DNA of 51,714 bases, taken from NCBI GenBank assembly GCA_013151345.1, contig JAADIM010000008.1:1-51714 (forward strand), read 5' to 3'. The notes below the pieces were generated by a model. That model saw nothing but the letters and a program-made list of their open reading frames with translations, did no database searches and had not been told where the DNA came from. Both the position numbers and the translations under genes were made by a program. The stretch comes from Gammaproteobacteria bacterium. Lineage in GTDB: Bacteria; Pseudomonadota; Gammaproteobacteria; SG8-11. Shown one piece after another: positions 1-11,275 of the stretch (position 1 is its first letter; each line of letters starts with the position of its first letter).

Positions 1-9
1 CTTGGAACC

Positions 10-789
10 TTGGAACATAGCGTGAACGAAACAACCATATATGAACAACCGTTAAACGAACGAATTCGAACCTTTCTAAGGCTTGAGTTTTTATTTCTAC
101 AGTTGAAGTATATGCTCGAAGGCCAATCGGAATGGGAATCTCGTGCCGCAATTTCGACGCTGATTGATATTCTTTACACCATCAATCGTGGTGATTTCAA
201 GTCTGAAACCATTAAAGAGCTGGAGCGGCAGGAAGCCACATTGACCCGCCTGCAACAAACGCCCGCAGTCGATCACAGCCTGTTAAGTTCAATTCTGGAC
301 AATCTAAAAGGTCTTACACATCATTTGTACTCGATCAAAGGGCAAATCGGTAATGATATTCGCCAAAATGAATTATTAAAAAGTATCATGCAACGTAATA
401 GTATTCCTGGCGGCACCTGTGATTTTGATATCCCGGTTTATCACTTCTGGTTACAGCAAGCGGCCAGTGAACGTCGGCAACTAATCAATCAATGGTTTAG
501 CTCATTGGAAATAGTACAGTTATCAGTTAGTTTTTTATTAAAACTGTTGAGAGAAAGTGCGACCCCTCAAAAAGAGACTGCGGTAGCGGGCAACTACCAA
601 AAAAAACTTGAAACAGACAATACTTGCCAACTTATTAGGGCGCTTGTTTCAAAAAAGTCCCCTTATTTTGCCGAAATAAGCGGTGGCAAACATCGATTTT
701 CCATACGCTTTATGGAAGCAACGCCAGCGACGCGCCCTAAACAAACCGAACAGGACGTTCAATTTCAATTATCTTGTTGTATGTTATAA
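10..789 (+). CDS. zapD: Cell division protein ZapD (true start may be GTG at 22)
   Basis: [26 protein letters not shown] and [12 protein letters not shown] motifs; lies upstream of yacG. Confidence 0.95.
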   Translation: MEHSVNETTIYEQPLNERIRTFLRLEFLFLQLKYMLEGQSEWESRAAISTLIDILYTINRGDFKSETIKELERQEATLTRLQQTPAVDHSLLSSILDNLKGLTHHLYSIKGQIGNDIRQNELLKSIMQRNSIPGGTCDFDIPVYHFWLQQAASERRQLINQWFSSLEIVQLSVSFLLKLLRESATPQKETAVAGNYQKKLETDNTCQLIRALVSKKSPYFAEISGGKHRFSIRFMEATPATRPKQTEQDVQFQLSCCML

Positions 790-805
790 TTTGAAACATC
801 AAATA

Positions 806-1006
806 ATGAGTAATATTAAAAAATCGAAAATAATTTTAAGTTGCCCCACCTGCTCAAAACAAGTGGCATTGCAATCCGAGCAACCCTGGCGGCCTTTTTG
901 TAGCGAAAGGTGCAAGCTTATCGACCTTGGAGAATGGGCAAGTGATTCTTACAGCATTGGCAGCGGAGTCGAAAACGAATTTCAAGTGAACTCTGGAGAT
1001 AGTTAA
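806..1006 (+). CDS. yacG: DNA gyrase inhibitor YacG
   Basis: CPTC...[18 protein letters not shown] zinc finger; ATG at 806 is in frame with ORF 683..1006. Confidence 0.93.
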   Translation: MSNIKKSKIILSCPTCSKQVALQSEQPWRPFCSERCKLIDLGEWASDSYSIGSGVENEFQVNSGDS

Positions 1007-1039
1007 ACTGTAGTTACGTTAAGTAACTAAATTAAGTAA

Positions 1040-2029
1040 TTAAATTAAATACTCTTTTACTGCTCGCCCTATATCCTGCGCTTCCCCTTCTGTATCCCAT
1101 AACGCACTAAGCACCGCAATACCTTGTGCGCCGTGTTGAAACGCCTTTGACATTTGTTGTGGGTTCATGCCACCTAGCGCAAAAACAGGCATTGTCGTTT
1201 CATCAACTAACTCGAAAAATGTAGTCCAACCTAGCGTGTCCGCATCTGGGTGACTTTTCGTTTCGAGCACCGGAGAAAGTACAGCAAAATCAGCACCGAT
1301 TTTGATAGCGTGTTTTAGTTCTTCTGCATTATGGCAGGATACGGCAACCCATTTATCCATGCTAACGGGTCGACTATGTAACGCCATCAAACGATCACTG
1401 GAAAGATGCACACCGTCTACACCCAGCTCTTCAACGAGACCAGGATCCGCATTTATTAATAACTTTGCGCCGTATAATCGACAAAAACGTAAAGTTTCAA
1501 TCGCCAGTTGACGAAATTCGCTAATTTCCGAATTTTTTAATCGAAACTGAACAAGCTTAATACCAGCCTGTAGCAGCATCTCCAGTTTTGCAAAAAATTG
1601 TGACGTATCTGTTATTTGAGATTTCGTAATGAGATAAACAGAAGGTAGCTGCAATGCTTTTATAATCGACTGATTCGCATCAGGAAAGTTAAACGTTGAT
1701 AATTGATCTATGCTAACCCATTCTAATGGCTGTCCCTCTCGGCCATAGGCCTTCCCTGTAAAGCCAGTCACTCGCCACACATCCAGTAATACTGATTGAT
1801 CTGGATAATCGTGATGTATTCTGATTAACGGGTGCGCTTGTTGCGTAATAATATCAAGCTCTTCATTGAGCTCTCTTTTAAGTGCTGCATACACATTTTC
1901 ACCGGCTTCAATTTTGCCACCCGGAAACTCCCACAAACCACCTTGATGCACGTGATCGGGTCTTTGCGTCAGCAAAATCCGCCCCTGACGGTCATTTATT
2001 GCGGCAACGACAACATGCATACGGTGCAT
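1040..2029 (-). CDS. mutT: Nudix hydrolase MutT fused to a thiamine-phosphate synthase (ThiE)-like domain
   Basis: Nudix box GLWEFPGGKIEAGE...LKRELNEEL; C-terminal VQFRLK, GVHL, SCHNAEEL, PVFALGG; follows argJ. Confidence 0.92.
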   Translation of the reverse strand: MHRMHVVVAAINDRQGRILLTQRPDHVHQGGLWEFPGGKIEAGENVYAALKRELNEELDIITQQAHPLIRIHHDYPDQSVLLDVWRVTGFTGKAYGREGQPLEWVSIDQLSTFNFPDANQSIIKALQLPSVYLITKSQITDTSQFFAKLEMLLQAGIKLVQFRLKNSEISEFRQLAIETLRFCRLYGAKLLINADPGLVEELGVDGVHLSSDRLMALHSRPVSMDKWVAVSCHNAEELKHAIKIGADFAVLSPVLETKSHPDADTLGWTTFFELVDETTMPVFALGGMNPQQMSKAFQHGAQGIAVLSALWDTEGEAQDIGRAVKEYLI

Positions 2030-2052
2030 AACATTTTTTTTAATTTCAGTTT

Positions 2053-3270
2053 TTAACTTCGATACTCGGCATTGATGCGCACATAGTCATATGATAAATC
2101 ACAAGTCCAGATACGCGCACTGTATAAACCCCGTCCCAGATTGACTCTTATCGTAATTTCATCCAGATCCATTACGTCCTGCCCTGATTTTTCGGTATAA
2201 CCCGGCGCCCTGCCCCCATTGCTGACGATACACACATCATTAAGAAATATACTCATTGCGCTAATATCTAAATTTTCTACATCGGCGCGACCAACTGCAG
2301 CCAGAATTCGACCCCAGTTCGGGTCTTTGGCAAAAAAAGCCGTTTTGACTAAAGGCGAATGCGCAATGGTGTAAGCAACTTCTTTGCATTCTTGCTCAGA
2401 TGTCCCTTCGAAAACATCGATTGTAATAAGTTTGGTCGCCCCCTCGCCATCACGAACGATAGCTTGTGCTAGCTGCTCACAAACCTCAGCAATAGCGTCA
2501 CAAACTTTACGGTAAACTTCATTTTCTTCTTTAATTAATGGCAAATTACTCTTGGCAGTCGCCATTAATATACAGGCATCGTTTGTCGACGTATCACCAT
2601 CCACGGTAATTCGATTAAATGATGCCGCAACAGACGTCTGCAAGCACTGATCCAGCAATTTTTTTGATATAGCCACATCGGTCGCAATAAAAGCAAGCAT
2701 AGTGGCCATGTCCGGTCGAATCATGCCTGAGCCCTTGGCGATACCCGTCACCGTAACGGCATGACCATCAATGGAAATTTTCTTTGAAGCTCCCTTGGCA
2801 AACGTGTCAGTCGTCAATATACCATTTGCTGCATCCACCCAACCGTTTTTATTCAGTGCCTGGTAAGTCCCTGGCAACCCTGATTTAACCGTTTCCAGTG
2901 GATAAATTTCGCCAATAACGCCTGTCGAAAAGGGTAAAACTTCATTTGCCTGGCATTCGTGCAACGCAGCTAATGCGCTACAGACGGCTCGCGCATCAGA
3001 CAACCCTTGCTTACCAGTACCGGCGTTCGCGTTACCGGTATTGATAACAAATAACCTTGGTGTCGTTTCCGACATATTTTGACGTGCAATGATGACCGGC
3101 GCAGCACAAAACTTATTCTGGGTAAAGACACCTGCACAGGTTGCTCCTTTATCCAAACTAATAACAACCAGATCCTTACGACCTGGTGATTTAATGCCTG
3201 CACTTGTTGCCCCTAAACAGACACCCTCCACAGGAAGCAAAACAGGAAGCACGGTTTGTCCAACGGCCAT
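2053..3270 (-). CDS. argJ: Bifunctional ornithine acetyltransferase/N-acetylglutamate synthase
   Basis: GIAKGSGMIRPDMATML autocleavage motif, VDGDTSTND, DGEGATK, DPNWGR. Confidence 0.97.
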   Translation of the reverse strand: MAVGQTVLPVLLPVEGVCLGATSAGIKSPGRKDLVVISLDKGATCAGVFTQNKFCAAPVIIARQNMSETTPRLFVINTGNANAGTGKQGLSDARAVCSALAALHECQANEVLPFSTGVIGEIYPLETVKSGLPGTYQALNKNGWVDAANGILTTDTFAKGASKKISIDGHAVTVTGIAKGSGMIRPDMATMLAFIATDVAISKKLLDQCLQTSVAASFNRITVDGDTSTNDACILMATAKSNLPLIKEENEVYRKVCDAIAEVCEQLAQAIVRDGEGATKLITIDVFEGTSEQECKEVAYTIAHSPLVKTAFFAKDPNWGRILAAVGRADVENLDISAMSIFLNDVCIVSNGGRAPGYTEKSGQDVMDLDEITIRVNLGRGLYSARIWTCDLSYDYVRINAEYRS

Positions 3271-3296
3271 AATAAATCCTAAGGTTTGTTTGTAGT

Positions 3297-3395
3297 GTGA
3301 GACGTCTCACTAAAGGTATTTTCATCGCAAAAGCGCGAAGAACACAAAGGTTTATTGCAACTAACTAATATTTACTTTGCGCCCTTTGCGGTGAA
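3297..3395. repeat. REP-like palindromic element between secA and argJ
   Basis: Perfect palindrome GTGAGACGTCTCAC (3297-3310) plus imperfect inverted repeat TTCATCGCAAAAGCGCGAAG (3321-3340) / CTTTGCGCCCTTTGCGGTGAA (3375-3395). Confidence 0.6.
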
Positions 3396-3412
3396 GTTTT
3401 TCTAGCTTAGCG

Positions 3413-6145
3413 CTATTGAATTTTACCGTGGCACTGTTTGAACTTCTTACCTGATCCACAAGGACATGGATCATTACGTCCAACTTTCTTTCCGTCACGT
3501 ACAAAAGGAGTGTGTTGTTCTCCGGCCTGCACTGCATTTTCACCACCTTCACCACTATCAGACAACGCCATAGCAGATGCATCAGCATGTTGAAACTGCA
3601 ACGCTGCCCCCTGGCGTCGTTGCGCTTCAACGGCTTCGACATCTTCCTCGGCACGTACCTGTACCTTGGAAACAACGCTGACTACTTCTGTTTTAATGCG
3701 TTCCAGCATTTGCATAAAAGATTCAAACGCTTCACGTTTATATTCTTGTTTTGGATTTTTCTGTGCATATCCGCGTAGATGAATCCCTTGTCGCAAATGA
3801 TCCATTGCGGCTAAATGATCTTTCCATAGCGAATCCACTACCTGCAACATGACGGCTTTTTCAAAATGGCGAACCACACCTTTTCCTGCCAAATCCTCTT
3901 TTTCAACGTAACTTTTAGCCAACTCCTCGTGAATTCGAGTATAGAGTGTTTCCTCATGCAGATGATCATCACTATCCAGCCAGGCTTGTATTTCCATTTT
4001 CTGACCAAGTTCCCGTTCAAGCGCTTCCGTTAACCCAGGCACGTCCCACTGTTCTTCCATGCTTTGAGTCGGAATATGAGCAGCTATAACACTGTTCACT
4101 ACATCTTCGCGAATCGTTTTGATTGTTTCAGATATATCATCAGTGGCCATGAGCTCATTGCGTTGCTCGTATATTACTTTACGCTGATCATTGGCGACAT
4201 CATCGTATTCCAATAACTGTTTACGGATGTCGAAGTTACGTCCTTCTACTTTTCGTTGCGCATTTTCGATTGCTTTGGAAACCCATGGGTGCTCAATAGC
4301 TTCCCCTTCTTCCATGCCTAATTTTTGCATCATCGTTGAAACGCGATCAGAAGCAAATATTCGCATCAAGTTATCTTCCAGGGACAAATAAAACCGACTG
4401 GATCCAGGGTCGCCTTGACGACCGGAACGGCCACGTAACTGATTATCAATACGGCGCGATTCGTGGCGTTCAGTACCAATCACATGTAACCCGCCCGCTT
4501 CGATCACCTGTTCGTGACGCTTTTTCCAATCAGCACGCACCTGTTCAATTGTTTTATCGTCTGGCTGCTTTTTCTGCGCAGTAAGCGCATTAATTTCGAC
4601 TTCCAGATTACCGCCTAATACGATATCTGTACCGCGACCTGCCATATTAGTTGCAATGGTGACTGATCCCGGTCGGCCGGCATTGGTAATAATTTCAGCT
4701 TCCTTTTCATGAAATTTTGCATTCAATACCTGGTGATCAATTTTTGAGTCATTGAGTAGCGATGACAGATGCTCGGATGTTTCTATTGACGCGGTACCGA
4801 CAAGCACCGGCTGGCCGCGTTTTCGACAATCCACAATGTCTTCTGACAATGCTTGATATTTTTCCTTGGGAGTAAGAAAAACAAGATCACTATTATCTAC
4901 ACGACCGATGGGTTTATTAGTTGGAATGACAACAACTTCCAGCTTGTAAATTTGCTGAAACTCAAACGCTTCCGTGTCAGCCGTACCCGTCATGCCCGCC
5001 AGTTTATTATAAAGCCGGAAATAATTTTGAAATGTTATTGACGCGAGGGTTTGATTTTCATGCTGAATCTCAACGCCTTCTTTTGCCTCTACAGCTTGAT
5101 GTAAACCATCCGACCAACGCCGGCCAGGCATGGTTCGCCCGGTGAACTCATCGACAATCACAATCTGATTATCTTTTACAATATAATCAACGTTTTTCTG
5201 GAACAGCGAATAAGCGCGTAATGCAGCGTACACATGATGCACCAGGCTGATATTACTGGCGCTATAAAGGCTTTCCCCTTCACCAAGTGTGCCGTCCTCG
5301 GACAGCAATTCTTCAGCATGTTGGTGCCCTTCTTCGGTTAGCAATACTTGTCGCTGCTTTTCGTCAACACTGTAATCACCTGGCCCGTCTTCTTCTTCCT
5401 GCTTTACTAACTTGGGAGCCAGTTTATTAATTTTGTGATAGAGCGCAGAGCTGTCTTCTGCCTGACCGGAAATTATGAGTGGTGTACGCGCTTCATCTAT
5501 TAAGATGGAATCGACTTCATCGACAATCGCAAAGTTCAGATTGCGCTGCACTTTTTCTTCAATACTGAACGCCATGTTGTCGCGCAAATAGTCAAAACCG
5601 TACTCGTTATTTGTACCATAGACGATATCTGAGGCATACGCTTGACGTTTTGCTTCTGGGTTAAGCCCATGAATAACAACACCTACCGTCAGTCCCAGGT
5701 ATTCATAAATTTTTCCCATCCATGCGGCGTCACGCTGGGCAAGGTAATCATTGACTGTCACAATATGTACCCCGTCACCCGACAACGCATTTAGATAAGC
5801 AGGTAACGTCGCCACCAAGGTTTTACCTTCACCTGTGCCCATTTCTGCAATTTTGCCGCTATGTAGTACCATTCCACCCATTAACTGGACATCAAAGTGA
5901 CGCATACCCAGAACGCGTTTTGCAGCTTCACGGACGGTAGCAAACGCTTCCGGCAGCAATTTGTCTAATGATTCACCACTTGCGGCTCGTTTCTTATATT
6001 CTTCTGTCTTTGTACGCAGTTCATCCTCAGATAAAGCTGAAAATTGAGATTCAAGCGCGTTTATCTGTGCGACATCTCTGTGCATCTGCTTGATCAGTCG
6101 TTCGTTACGACTACCAAAGATCTTTTTGAATATATTTCCTACCAT
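3413..6145 (-). CDS. secA: Preprotein translocase ATPase SecA
   Basis: MGTGEGKT Walker [21 protein letters not shown]-terminal [19 protein letters not shown]; ATG at 6145 ([14 protein letters not shown]) preferred. Confidence 0.98.
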   Translation of the reverse strand: MVGNIFKKIFGSRNERLIKQMHRDVAQINALESQFSALSEDELRTKTEEYKKRAASGESLDKLLPEAFATVREAAKRVLGMRHFDVQLMGGMVLHSGKIAEMGTGEGKTLVATLPAYLNALSGDGVHIVTVNDYLAQRDAAWMGKIYEYLGLTVGVVIHGLNPEAKRQAYASDIVYGTNNEYGFDYLRDNMAFSIEEKVQRNLNFAIVDEVDSILIDEARTPLIISGQAEDSSALYHKINKLAPKLVKQEEEDGPGDYSVDEKQRQVLLTEEGHQHAEELLSEDGTLGEGESLYSASNISLVHHVYAALRAYSLFQKNVDYIVKDNQIVIVDEFTGRTMPGRRWSDGLHQAVEAKEGVEIQHENQTLASITFQNYFRLYNKLAGMTGTADTEAFEFQQIYKLEVVVIPTNKPIGRVDNSDLVFLTPKEKYQALSEDIVDCRKRGQPVLVGTASIETSEHLSSLLNDSKIDHQVLNAKFHEKEAEIITNAGRPGSVTIATNMAGRGTDIVLGGNLEVEINALTAQKKQPDDKTIEQVRADWKKRHEQVIEAGGLHVIGTERHESRRIDNQLRGRSGRQGDPGSSRFYLSLEDNLMRIFASDRVSTMMQKLGMEEGEAIEHPWVSKAIENAQRKVEGRNFDIRKQLLEYDDVANDQRKVIYEQRNELMATDDISETIKTIREDVVNSVIAAHIPTQSMEEQWDVPGLTEALERELGQKMEIQAWLDSDDHLHEETLYTRIHEELAKSYVEKEDLAGKGVVRHFEKAVMLQVVDSLWKDHLAAMDHLRQGIHLRGYAQKNPKQEYKREAFESFMQMLERIKTEVVSVVSKVQVRAEEDVEAVEAQRRQGAALQFQHADASAMALSDSGEGGENAVQAGEQHTPFVRDGKKVGRNDPCPCGSGKKFKQCHGKIQ

Positions 6146-6334
6146 AGTGTCTCTATTTCCTGTCAAATATCGTGCTAACTATCGTGATCAATGCTTAAGT
6201 GCTTGATTACGTAACTTGATTATCTCAATAAGGACAAAAACCGTTAATTTCAATAAGAAAATGGGAGGGATTATAAAGTAAGGGGATGAGAATGGTAATG
6301 AATTTTTTTATGTATTAGTATTAATGGCTGTAAG

Positions 6335-6400
6335 GTTGGGGCTTACCAGTACACGGAGTCGTACCTCCCTCCGTACACCCGTTTCGTCATCACCCCCAAC
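6335..6400 (-). ncRNA. Candidate structured cis-RNA between the M23 gene and secA
   Basis: GC-rich stretch in an AT-rich spacer. On the minus strand, outer stem GUUGGGG/CCCCAAC, asymmetric internal loop, and a 14-position inner stem with three G-U pairs. Confidence 0.5.
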
Positions 6401-6418
6401 TATGGCTAATACGTGACC

Positions 6419-7342
6419 TTAGCGGGTGGCTTGAATATATTTGGCTGGATTGACGGTGCGACCATTAAACAACACTTCAAAATGCACGTGAGGACCGGTA
6501 GAACGCCCTGTTGACCCCATTAGAGAAATTTTTTGCCCCTTTTTAACGGTGTCCCCAACTTTAACAATAATCTTTTTATTGTGGCCATAACGTGTGACAT
6601 ATCCATTTCCATGGTTAATTTCTACGAGATTCCCATAACCATAGCGTCGACTGGCCCAGGTGATAACACCCGCTGCAACGGCAATCACATCACTGCCATC
6701 TTTGCCAGCAAAATCCATACCCTTATGGTGTTCTCGTCGCCCGGTAAACGGGTCTGTTCGTAAACCAAAATAAGAGGAGGTCCAGCCCTTTCTGATCGGC
6801 CGGCCGGCTGGAAACACTTCTGCTTGCAGATTTCGATTCATCATCATTGTTTCAAGCACTGAAAGTTGTTGGCCACGATCTTCTATTTGCTTGGATAATA
6901 AAGCGATATTTTGCATAAAATCAGGGACGTCTACTGGCGATACCTCGCTGCTAGCTGGACCACCGACTGCAGGTACGCTGTCAAAATTAAACTCGCCTTT
7001 ATCCAGTTTCGCCATTTTTGTAAGCCGCTGACCCAACGCATCCAAGCGAATAACACGCGCTTGAAGCGAGCCGAGGCGTGACGCCAGCGCGCTCATATTA
7101 TCTTCAACATCGCGCTTCGTATTGTTAATTTGCAAATCCTGTTGTTCTAGTTGCTCTTGTAATACAGCGTATAAAACATCAGGCTGAAATTTCACGCTCT
7201 GTTTACCTAACCAATAACCTGTATACGCCAGCCCACCAGGCAGGAGGACCATCGTGACTAACGCAAAAGCGAATAATCGACGTCTATTCAGATTGATATA
7301 ACCTGAACCACCGCTGTGCTTTCTAATAAGAATTATATTCAT
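6419..7342 (-). CDS. M23-family peptidoglycan metalloendopeptidase
   Basis: N-terminal TM and coiled coil; HKGMD and STGPHVHFEV zinc motifs; usual position upstream of secA. Confidence 0.93.
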   Translation of the reverse strand: MNIILIRKHSGGSGYINLNRRRLFAFALVTMVLLPGGLAYTGYWLGKQSVKFQPDVLYAVLQEQLEQQDLQINNTKRDVEDNMSALASRLGSLQARVIRLDALGQRLTKMAKLDKGEFNFDSVPAVGGPASSEVSPVDVPDFMQNIALLSKQIEDRGQQLSVLETMMMNRNLQAEVFPAGRPIRKGWTSSYFGLRTDPFTGRREHHKGMDFAGKDGSDVIAVAAGVITWASRRYGYGNLVEINHGNGYVTRYGHNKKIIVKVGDTVKKGQKISLMGSTGRSTGPHVHFEVLFNGRTVNPAKYIQATR

Positions 7343-7589
7343 TGATACTCAGTCCGTTGCCTTACAACTGCTTGAAATTACTAAATTTCTTACTGCGCAT
7401 AGGCACTATACTTCGTGGAGACTTCCAATATATTTTTTACGGTACTTTTTTACTTACTGCTTAACTACTTTGTGTATCAACTTGATACGATCGAATATTA
7501 TACAGAACTTTCTGCAACTCAGCCAATAACATGCACACATACGCGGTTAATGCAATTAGCGAAAAATAATATCAGTAGTAAAAATTAAA

Positions 7590-7664
7590 GCCATTAGCTA
7601 CAATTTAAAATCCATTAGCTACAAAAGGTGCCGTTAGCTAAAATTTAAGAACCATTGGCTAAAC
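7590..7664. repeat. Four direct repeats of CC(A/G)TT(A/G)GCTA at about 20-bp period
   Basis: Copies start at 7591, 7612, 7631 and 7652 in the divergent M23/dciA spacer. Confidence 0.8.
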
Positions 7665-7719
7665 TAAGAGTTTACTTTTACCTATAGTAATATCGACCCA
7701 ATTCCTTTCAACATGAACA

Positions 7720-8232
7720 ATGAGCAAATACCAAAAATTAAATAAACTTTTATCTGACCAGTCCAACGAACTACATACATTGGTCAGTCACGCGCAATTT
7801 TTAGCTCGCTCCAATCAAATATTACTGAACTTACTTAGTGAGCCCTTAAAAAAACACATCTTCTTCTGTAATATTTCAAATGAAACAATGATTATAACAG
7901 TCGACTCTGCAGCCTGGTTAACTAAGGCCAAACTACAACTGCCTGAAATATTTGAAAAATTCAAACAAATGTCTGGGCTTACTAAACTAAAACATACACG
8001 TATAAAAGTCGATCCCTCTAGCTTGTATGCCGATAGTGCGCCTAATACCTATGCCTATGGCCCGTCAAAACCTATACAGGCTGAAAACCTAAATCCATTT
8101 ACCCTGTCGGGGAAAACTTTGTCTCAAATCAGTTCTGCTGCAAACAACTTAAATGAACCAAAATTGAAAAAAGCACTACTCAATCTAGCTAAAACATTGG
8201 CCAGCAAACGCAAACGCCACAGAACAACCTAA
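7720..8232 (+). CDS. dciA: DciA (DUF721) replicative helicase loader family protein
   Basis: ITVDSAAWLTKAKL motif, C-terminal LKKALLNLA helix, opposite-strand position between lpxC and M23/secA. Confidence 0.82.
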   Translation: MSKYQKLNKLLSDQSNELHTLVSHAQFLARSNQILLNLLSEPLKKHIFFCNISNETMIITVDSAAWLTKAKLQLPEIFEKFKQMSGLTKLKHTRIKVDPSSLYADSAPNTYAYGPSKPIQAENLNPFTLSGKTLSQISSAANNLNEPKLKKALLNLAKTLASKRKRHRTT

Positions 8233-8427
8233 TGTTAGCATAAATAATACCCAGAACCGCGAATCCGCTCACAAAAACCAAGCTTTACAAACATTATTAA
8301 CCTATAACTTATTGTAATATAATATAAAGTTTATTAATGGCCAAATAAACACCATTGATAACTGTCTTTCCCTCGGTTTCAAAAAAAGCGGTGACCTAAT
8401 TGTTGATTATTATAGGAAATTTAGAAC

Positions 8428-8454
8428 AAAAAAAGCCAGATAGTTATCTGGCTT
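8428..8454 (-). terminator. Rho-independent terminator after lpxC
   Basis: GCCAGATA-GT-TATCTGGC hairpin next to an A7 run (U-tract on the minus strand). Confidence 0.8.
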
Positions 8455-8534
8455 CGCTTAACAAAAAGTCGTAACAAAGAGTCCCAACAAAAAGCTCTTA
8501 ATAAGTAGTATTACTAAAATAGCTGCTAAACCAA

Positions 8535-9446
8535 TTAATTAATAGCCAAAAGTGGTTGCGCAAATGAAATGGGTGCTGACTCTTCATCATCAAACACAAG
8601 TTCCCAGGCTTCCTGATCAGCAATTAAGGCCTGCAAAAGCTGGTTATTTAATTCATGACCTGATTTACAACCACTAAACGCACCGATTAAACTGCGGCCA
8701 AGCAAATAAAGATCGCCAATCGCATCAAGCACTTTGTGTTTTACAAATTCATCCTCATAACGCAAACCGCCTTCATTTAATACTCGATAATTATCAAGCA
8801 CAACGGCGTTATCAAGCGTACCACCCAGGGCCAGATTATTTTCTCGAAGTTGTTCGATATCGCGCATAAACCCAAAAGTGCGTGCTCTACTTACTTCCTT
8901 AACAAAAGACGTGGTGGAAAAATCTATACTGGTATCCTGGCTATGACTTTGAAACATCGGATGATCAAAATCAATTTTAAAAGACACCTTAAAACCCTCA
9001 AATGGATCAAACCTGGCCCATTTGTCACCGTCCTGCACTAGGACCGATTTTTTTATTCGAATAAACCGTTTAGGTACATTCTGCTCTTCTATACCAGCAG
9101 ATTGTATTAAAAATACGAAAGGTCCGGCGCTACCATCCATGATAGGTACTTCCGGTGCGCTGAGATCAATGTACGCATTATCAATTCCCAAACCTGCAAA
9201 AGCAGAGAGTAAATGCTCAATAGTAGAAATCCGCACACCATCCTTCGCCAATGTGGTAGACAAGCGCGTACCGCCAACATTTTCCGGTTTCGCCTCTATC
9301 TCAACTGGGGGATCTAAATCAATTCTGCGGAAAATAATTCCGCTATCAGGTGCAGCCGGTCGAAGCGTGACGTAAACTTTCTCGCCAGTGTGTAAACCAA
9401 CCCCGGTTGCCCGTATGACATTTTTTAATGTGCGTTGTTTAATCAT
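8535..9446 (-). CDS. lpxC: UDP-3-O-acyl-GlcNAc deacetylase
   Basis: QRTLK...[25 protein letters not shown]. Confidence 0.98.
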   Translation of the reverse strand: MIKQRTLKNVIRATGVGLHTGEKVYVTLRPAAPDSGIIFRRIDLDPPVEIEAKPENVGGTRLSTTLAKDGVRISTIEHLLSAFAGLGIDNAYIDLSAPEVPIMDGSAGPFVFLIQSAGIEEQNVPKRFIRIKKSVLVQDGDKWARFDPFEGFKVSFKIDFDHPMFQSHSQDTSIDFSTTSFVKEVSRARTFGFMRDIEQLRENNLALGGTLDNAVVLDNYRVLNEGGLRYEDEFVKHKVLDAIGDLYLLGRSLIGAFSGCKSGHELNNQLLQALIADQEAWELVFDDEESAPISFAQPLLAIN

Positions 9447-10023
9447 AGTTATTGGTTAATTCCTGTAACCTTCGTACTTCACAAAGGTACTTAACAAAAG
9501 ATGCTTAAAATTGGAAAAATGCCACTAAATTGTTACCTGGATACTGCCTGGACAATTATCTGATAATAAATCACCTGATTAAAAACTGTTACCTAGCAAT
9601 TAGTAGCTATCTATATAATAACTCGCGACTTTTTGAGCTGTAGTTCTTTGCCAGCTATTGTCACCAACGTTTAGTCGTCGACCTCAGTCACCCGCTCTTT
9701 GGAAGCACTTTTGCTTGCACATTATTTTCATCGCCATCATTAAAAAAAGACAGACAATGAGCAAACACTGTGTATTTAGACTCAAAAATTAATGTGTGTC
9801 AAATAAATCACAAGTGTATCAAAAATCTCACAGGTTCGCAAAATTCTAACACAGCCTTTCGCGATTGCCTAGAAAACTATCGGACTTACATCACATATCT
9901 AAAGATAAATTTAGAAACAAATTCTTCTAAGTTTATATCGTCAATTATCCGCTTTTTGGCCTTAAAATAGGCTTAAAAAAACATTACTGTATAATTAATC
10001 ACCGTGCTCGTCCGCAAACGTGT

Positions 10024-11166
10024 TTAGTCAGCCTGCCTCCTTAAAAATGCCGGTATATCCAAGTAGTCAATATTGGTACTTGCAGCCGTCGAAAACCGAT
10101 CTCCAGCAACTTGATTACGAATCACGGTAGGCCTCTCCAATTGCCCATAATCAACCTCGCCCACAGCATTTTTGTGTATTAATTTCATAGGCTTATCTTC
10201 TTGCTCTAAGTTTCTACCTAAGCCGGTTGCGACCACAGTGACCCTCAGCTCATCGGTAATTTCTGGATCGATGACCGTACCTACCACAACTGTTGCATTT
10301 TCAGATGCAAATTCCTTAATCGTGTTGCCAACCTCTTCAAATTCACCAATTGCCAAATCAAGACCCGCAGTGACATTGACGAGAATCCCCCTGGCACCTG
10401 TTAAATTTACATCTTCTAATAACGGGCTACCGATTGCGGACTCGGCGGCCTCTCTGGCCCGTCCATCACCTTGAGCACAACCCGTACCCATCATCGCCAT
10501 CCCCATTTCCGACATCACAGTACGCACATCCGCAAAATCGACATTTATTAAACCAGGTCGAGTGATAAGCTCCGCGATACCTTGAACAGCGCCGAGTAAA
10601 ATATCGTTAGCTGCCTTAAATGCGTCTAACAATGTGATTTGCTTGCCTAACACCGCCATCAATTTATGGTTAGGTATCGTAATGAGTGAATCGACATATT
10701 CACTCAACTCCTTTATACCGTCTTCGGCGATGGCTAATCGCTTATGCCCTTCGAATGGAAAAGGTTTGGTAATCACTGCAACCGTTAGAATACCCATTTC
10801 CTTGGCAACCTGAGCTACAATCGGCGCACCACCCGTACCGGTCCCCCCCCCCATACCCGCGGTGATAAATAGCATATCTGCCCCTTCGATCACTTCTGCA
10901 ATACGATCTCGATCTTCCAATGCAGCCTGTCTTCCCACTTCCGGGTTTGCACCTGCCCCCAATCCTTTTGTGATATTTGTACCTAATTGTAAGATCGTCC
11001 GTGCAGACGAATTTTTCAGTGCTTGCGCATCCGTGTTCGCACATATAAATTCAACACCATCGATATTTTGTGCCACCATATGCTCAAGAGCATTACCACC
11101 ACCACCACCGACACCGACGACCTTTATTACTGCGTTTTGTGTATACGCATCCATTAATTCAAACAT
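10024..11166 (-). CDS. ftsZ: Cell division protein FtsZ
   Basis: GMGGGTGTG tubulin signature; C-terminal LDIPAFLRRQAD. Confidence 0.99.
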   Translation of the reverse strand: MFELMDAYTQNAVIKVVGVGGGGGNALEHMVAQNIDGVEFICANTDAQALKNSSARTILQLGTNITKGLGAGANPEVGRQAALEDRDRIAEVIEGADMLFITAGMGGGTGTGGAPIVAQVAKEMGILTVAVITKPFPFEGHKRLAIAEDGIKELSEYVDSLITIPNHKLMAVLGKQITLLDAFKAANDILLGAVQGIAELITRPGLINVDFADVRTVMSEMGMAMMGTGCAQGDGRAREAAESAIGSPLLEDVNLTGARGILVNVTAGLDLAIGEFEEVGNTIKEFASENATVVVGTVIDPEITDELRVTVVATGLGRNLEQEDKPMKLIHKNAVGEVDYGQLERPTVIRNQVAGDRFSTAASTNIDYLDIPAFLRRQAD

Positions 11167-11275
11167 GTTGTGACCTCCACATTAGGTTTTGATTTAAATT
11201 ACAATTACAAATTTACGAAACTTATTAAACAACAAATGTTAAGCAACAATCGTTAAGCAAAAACAAAATTAACAG

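Noticed and set aside
683-805. N-terminal extension of YacG given in the ORF track
   Set aside because: It overlaps zapD; ATG at 806 gives a normal-length YacG.
1040-2029. MutT-ThiE fusion as a novelty
   Set aside because: This fusion is already known next to argJ/secA in many beta- and gammaproteobacteria.
6335-6400. Canonical hammerhead ribozyme call
   Set aside because: C3 of CUGANGA and stem II are missing and the stem I register is off; kept only as an unknown structured RNA.
9770-9970. 66-aa ORF in the ftsZ-lpxC spacer
   Set aside because: No clear RBS or recognisable motif; composition resembles AT-rich intergenic DNA.
10843-10852. C10/G10 homopolymer in ftsZ as a phase-variation tract
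   Set aside because: It encodes the essential MGGG of the tubulin signature and the frame is intact.
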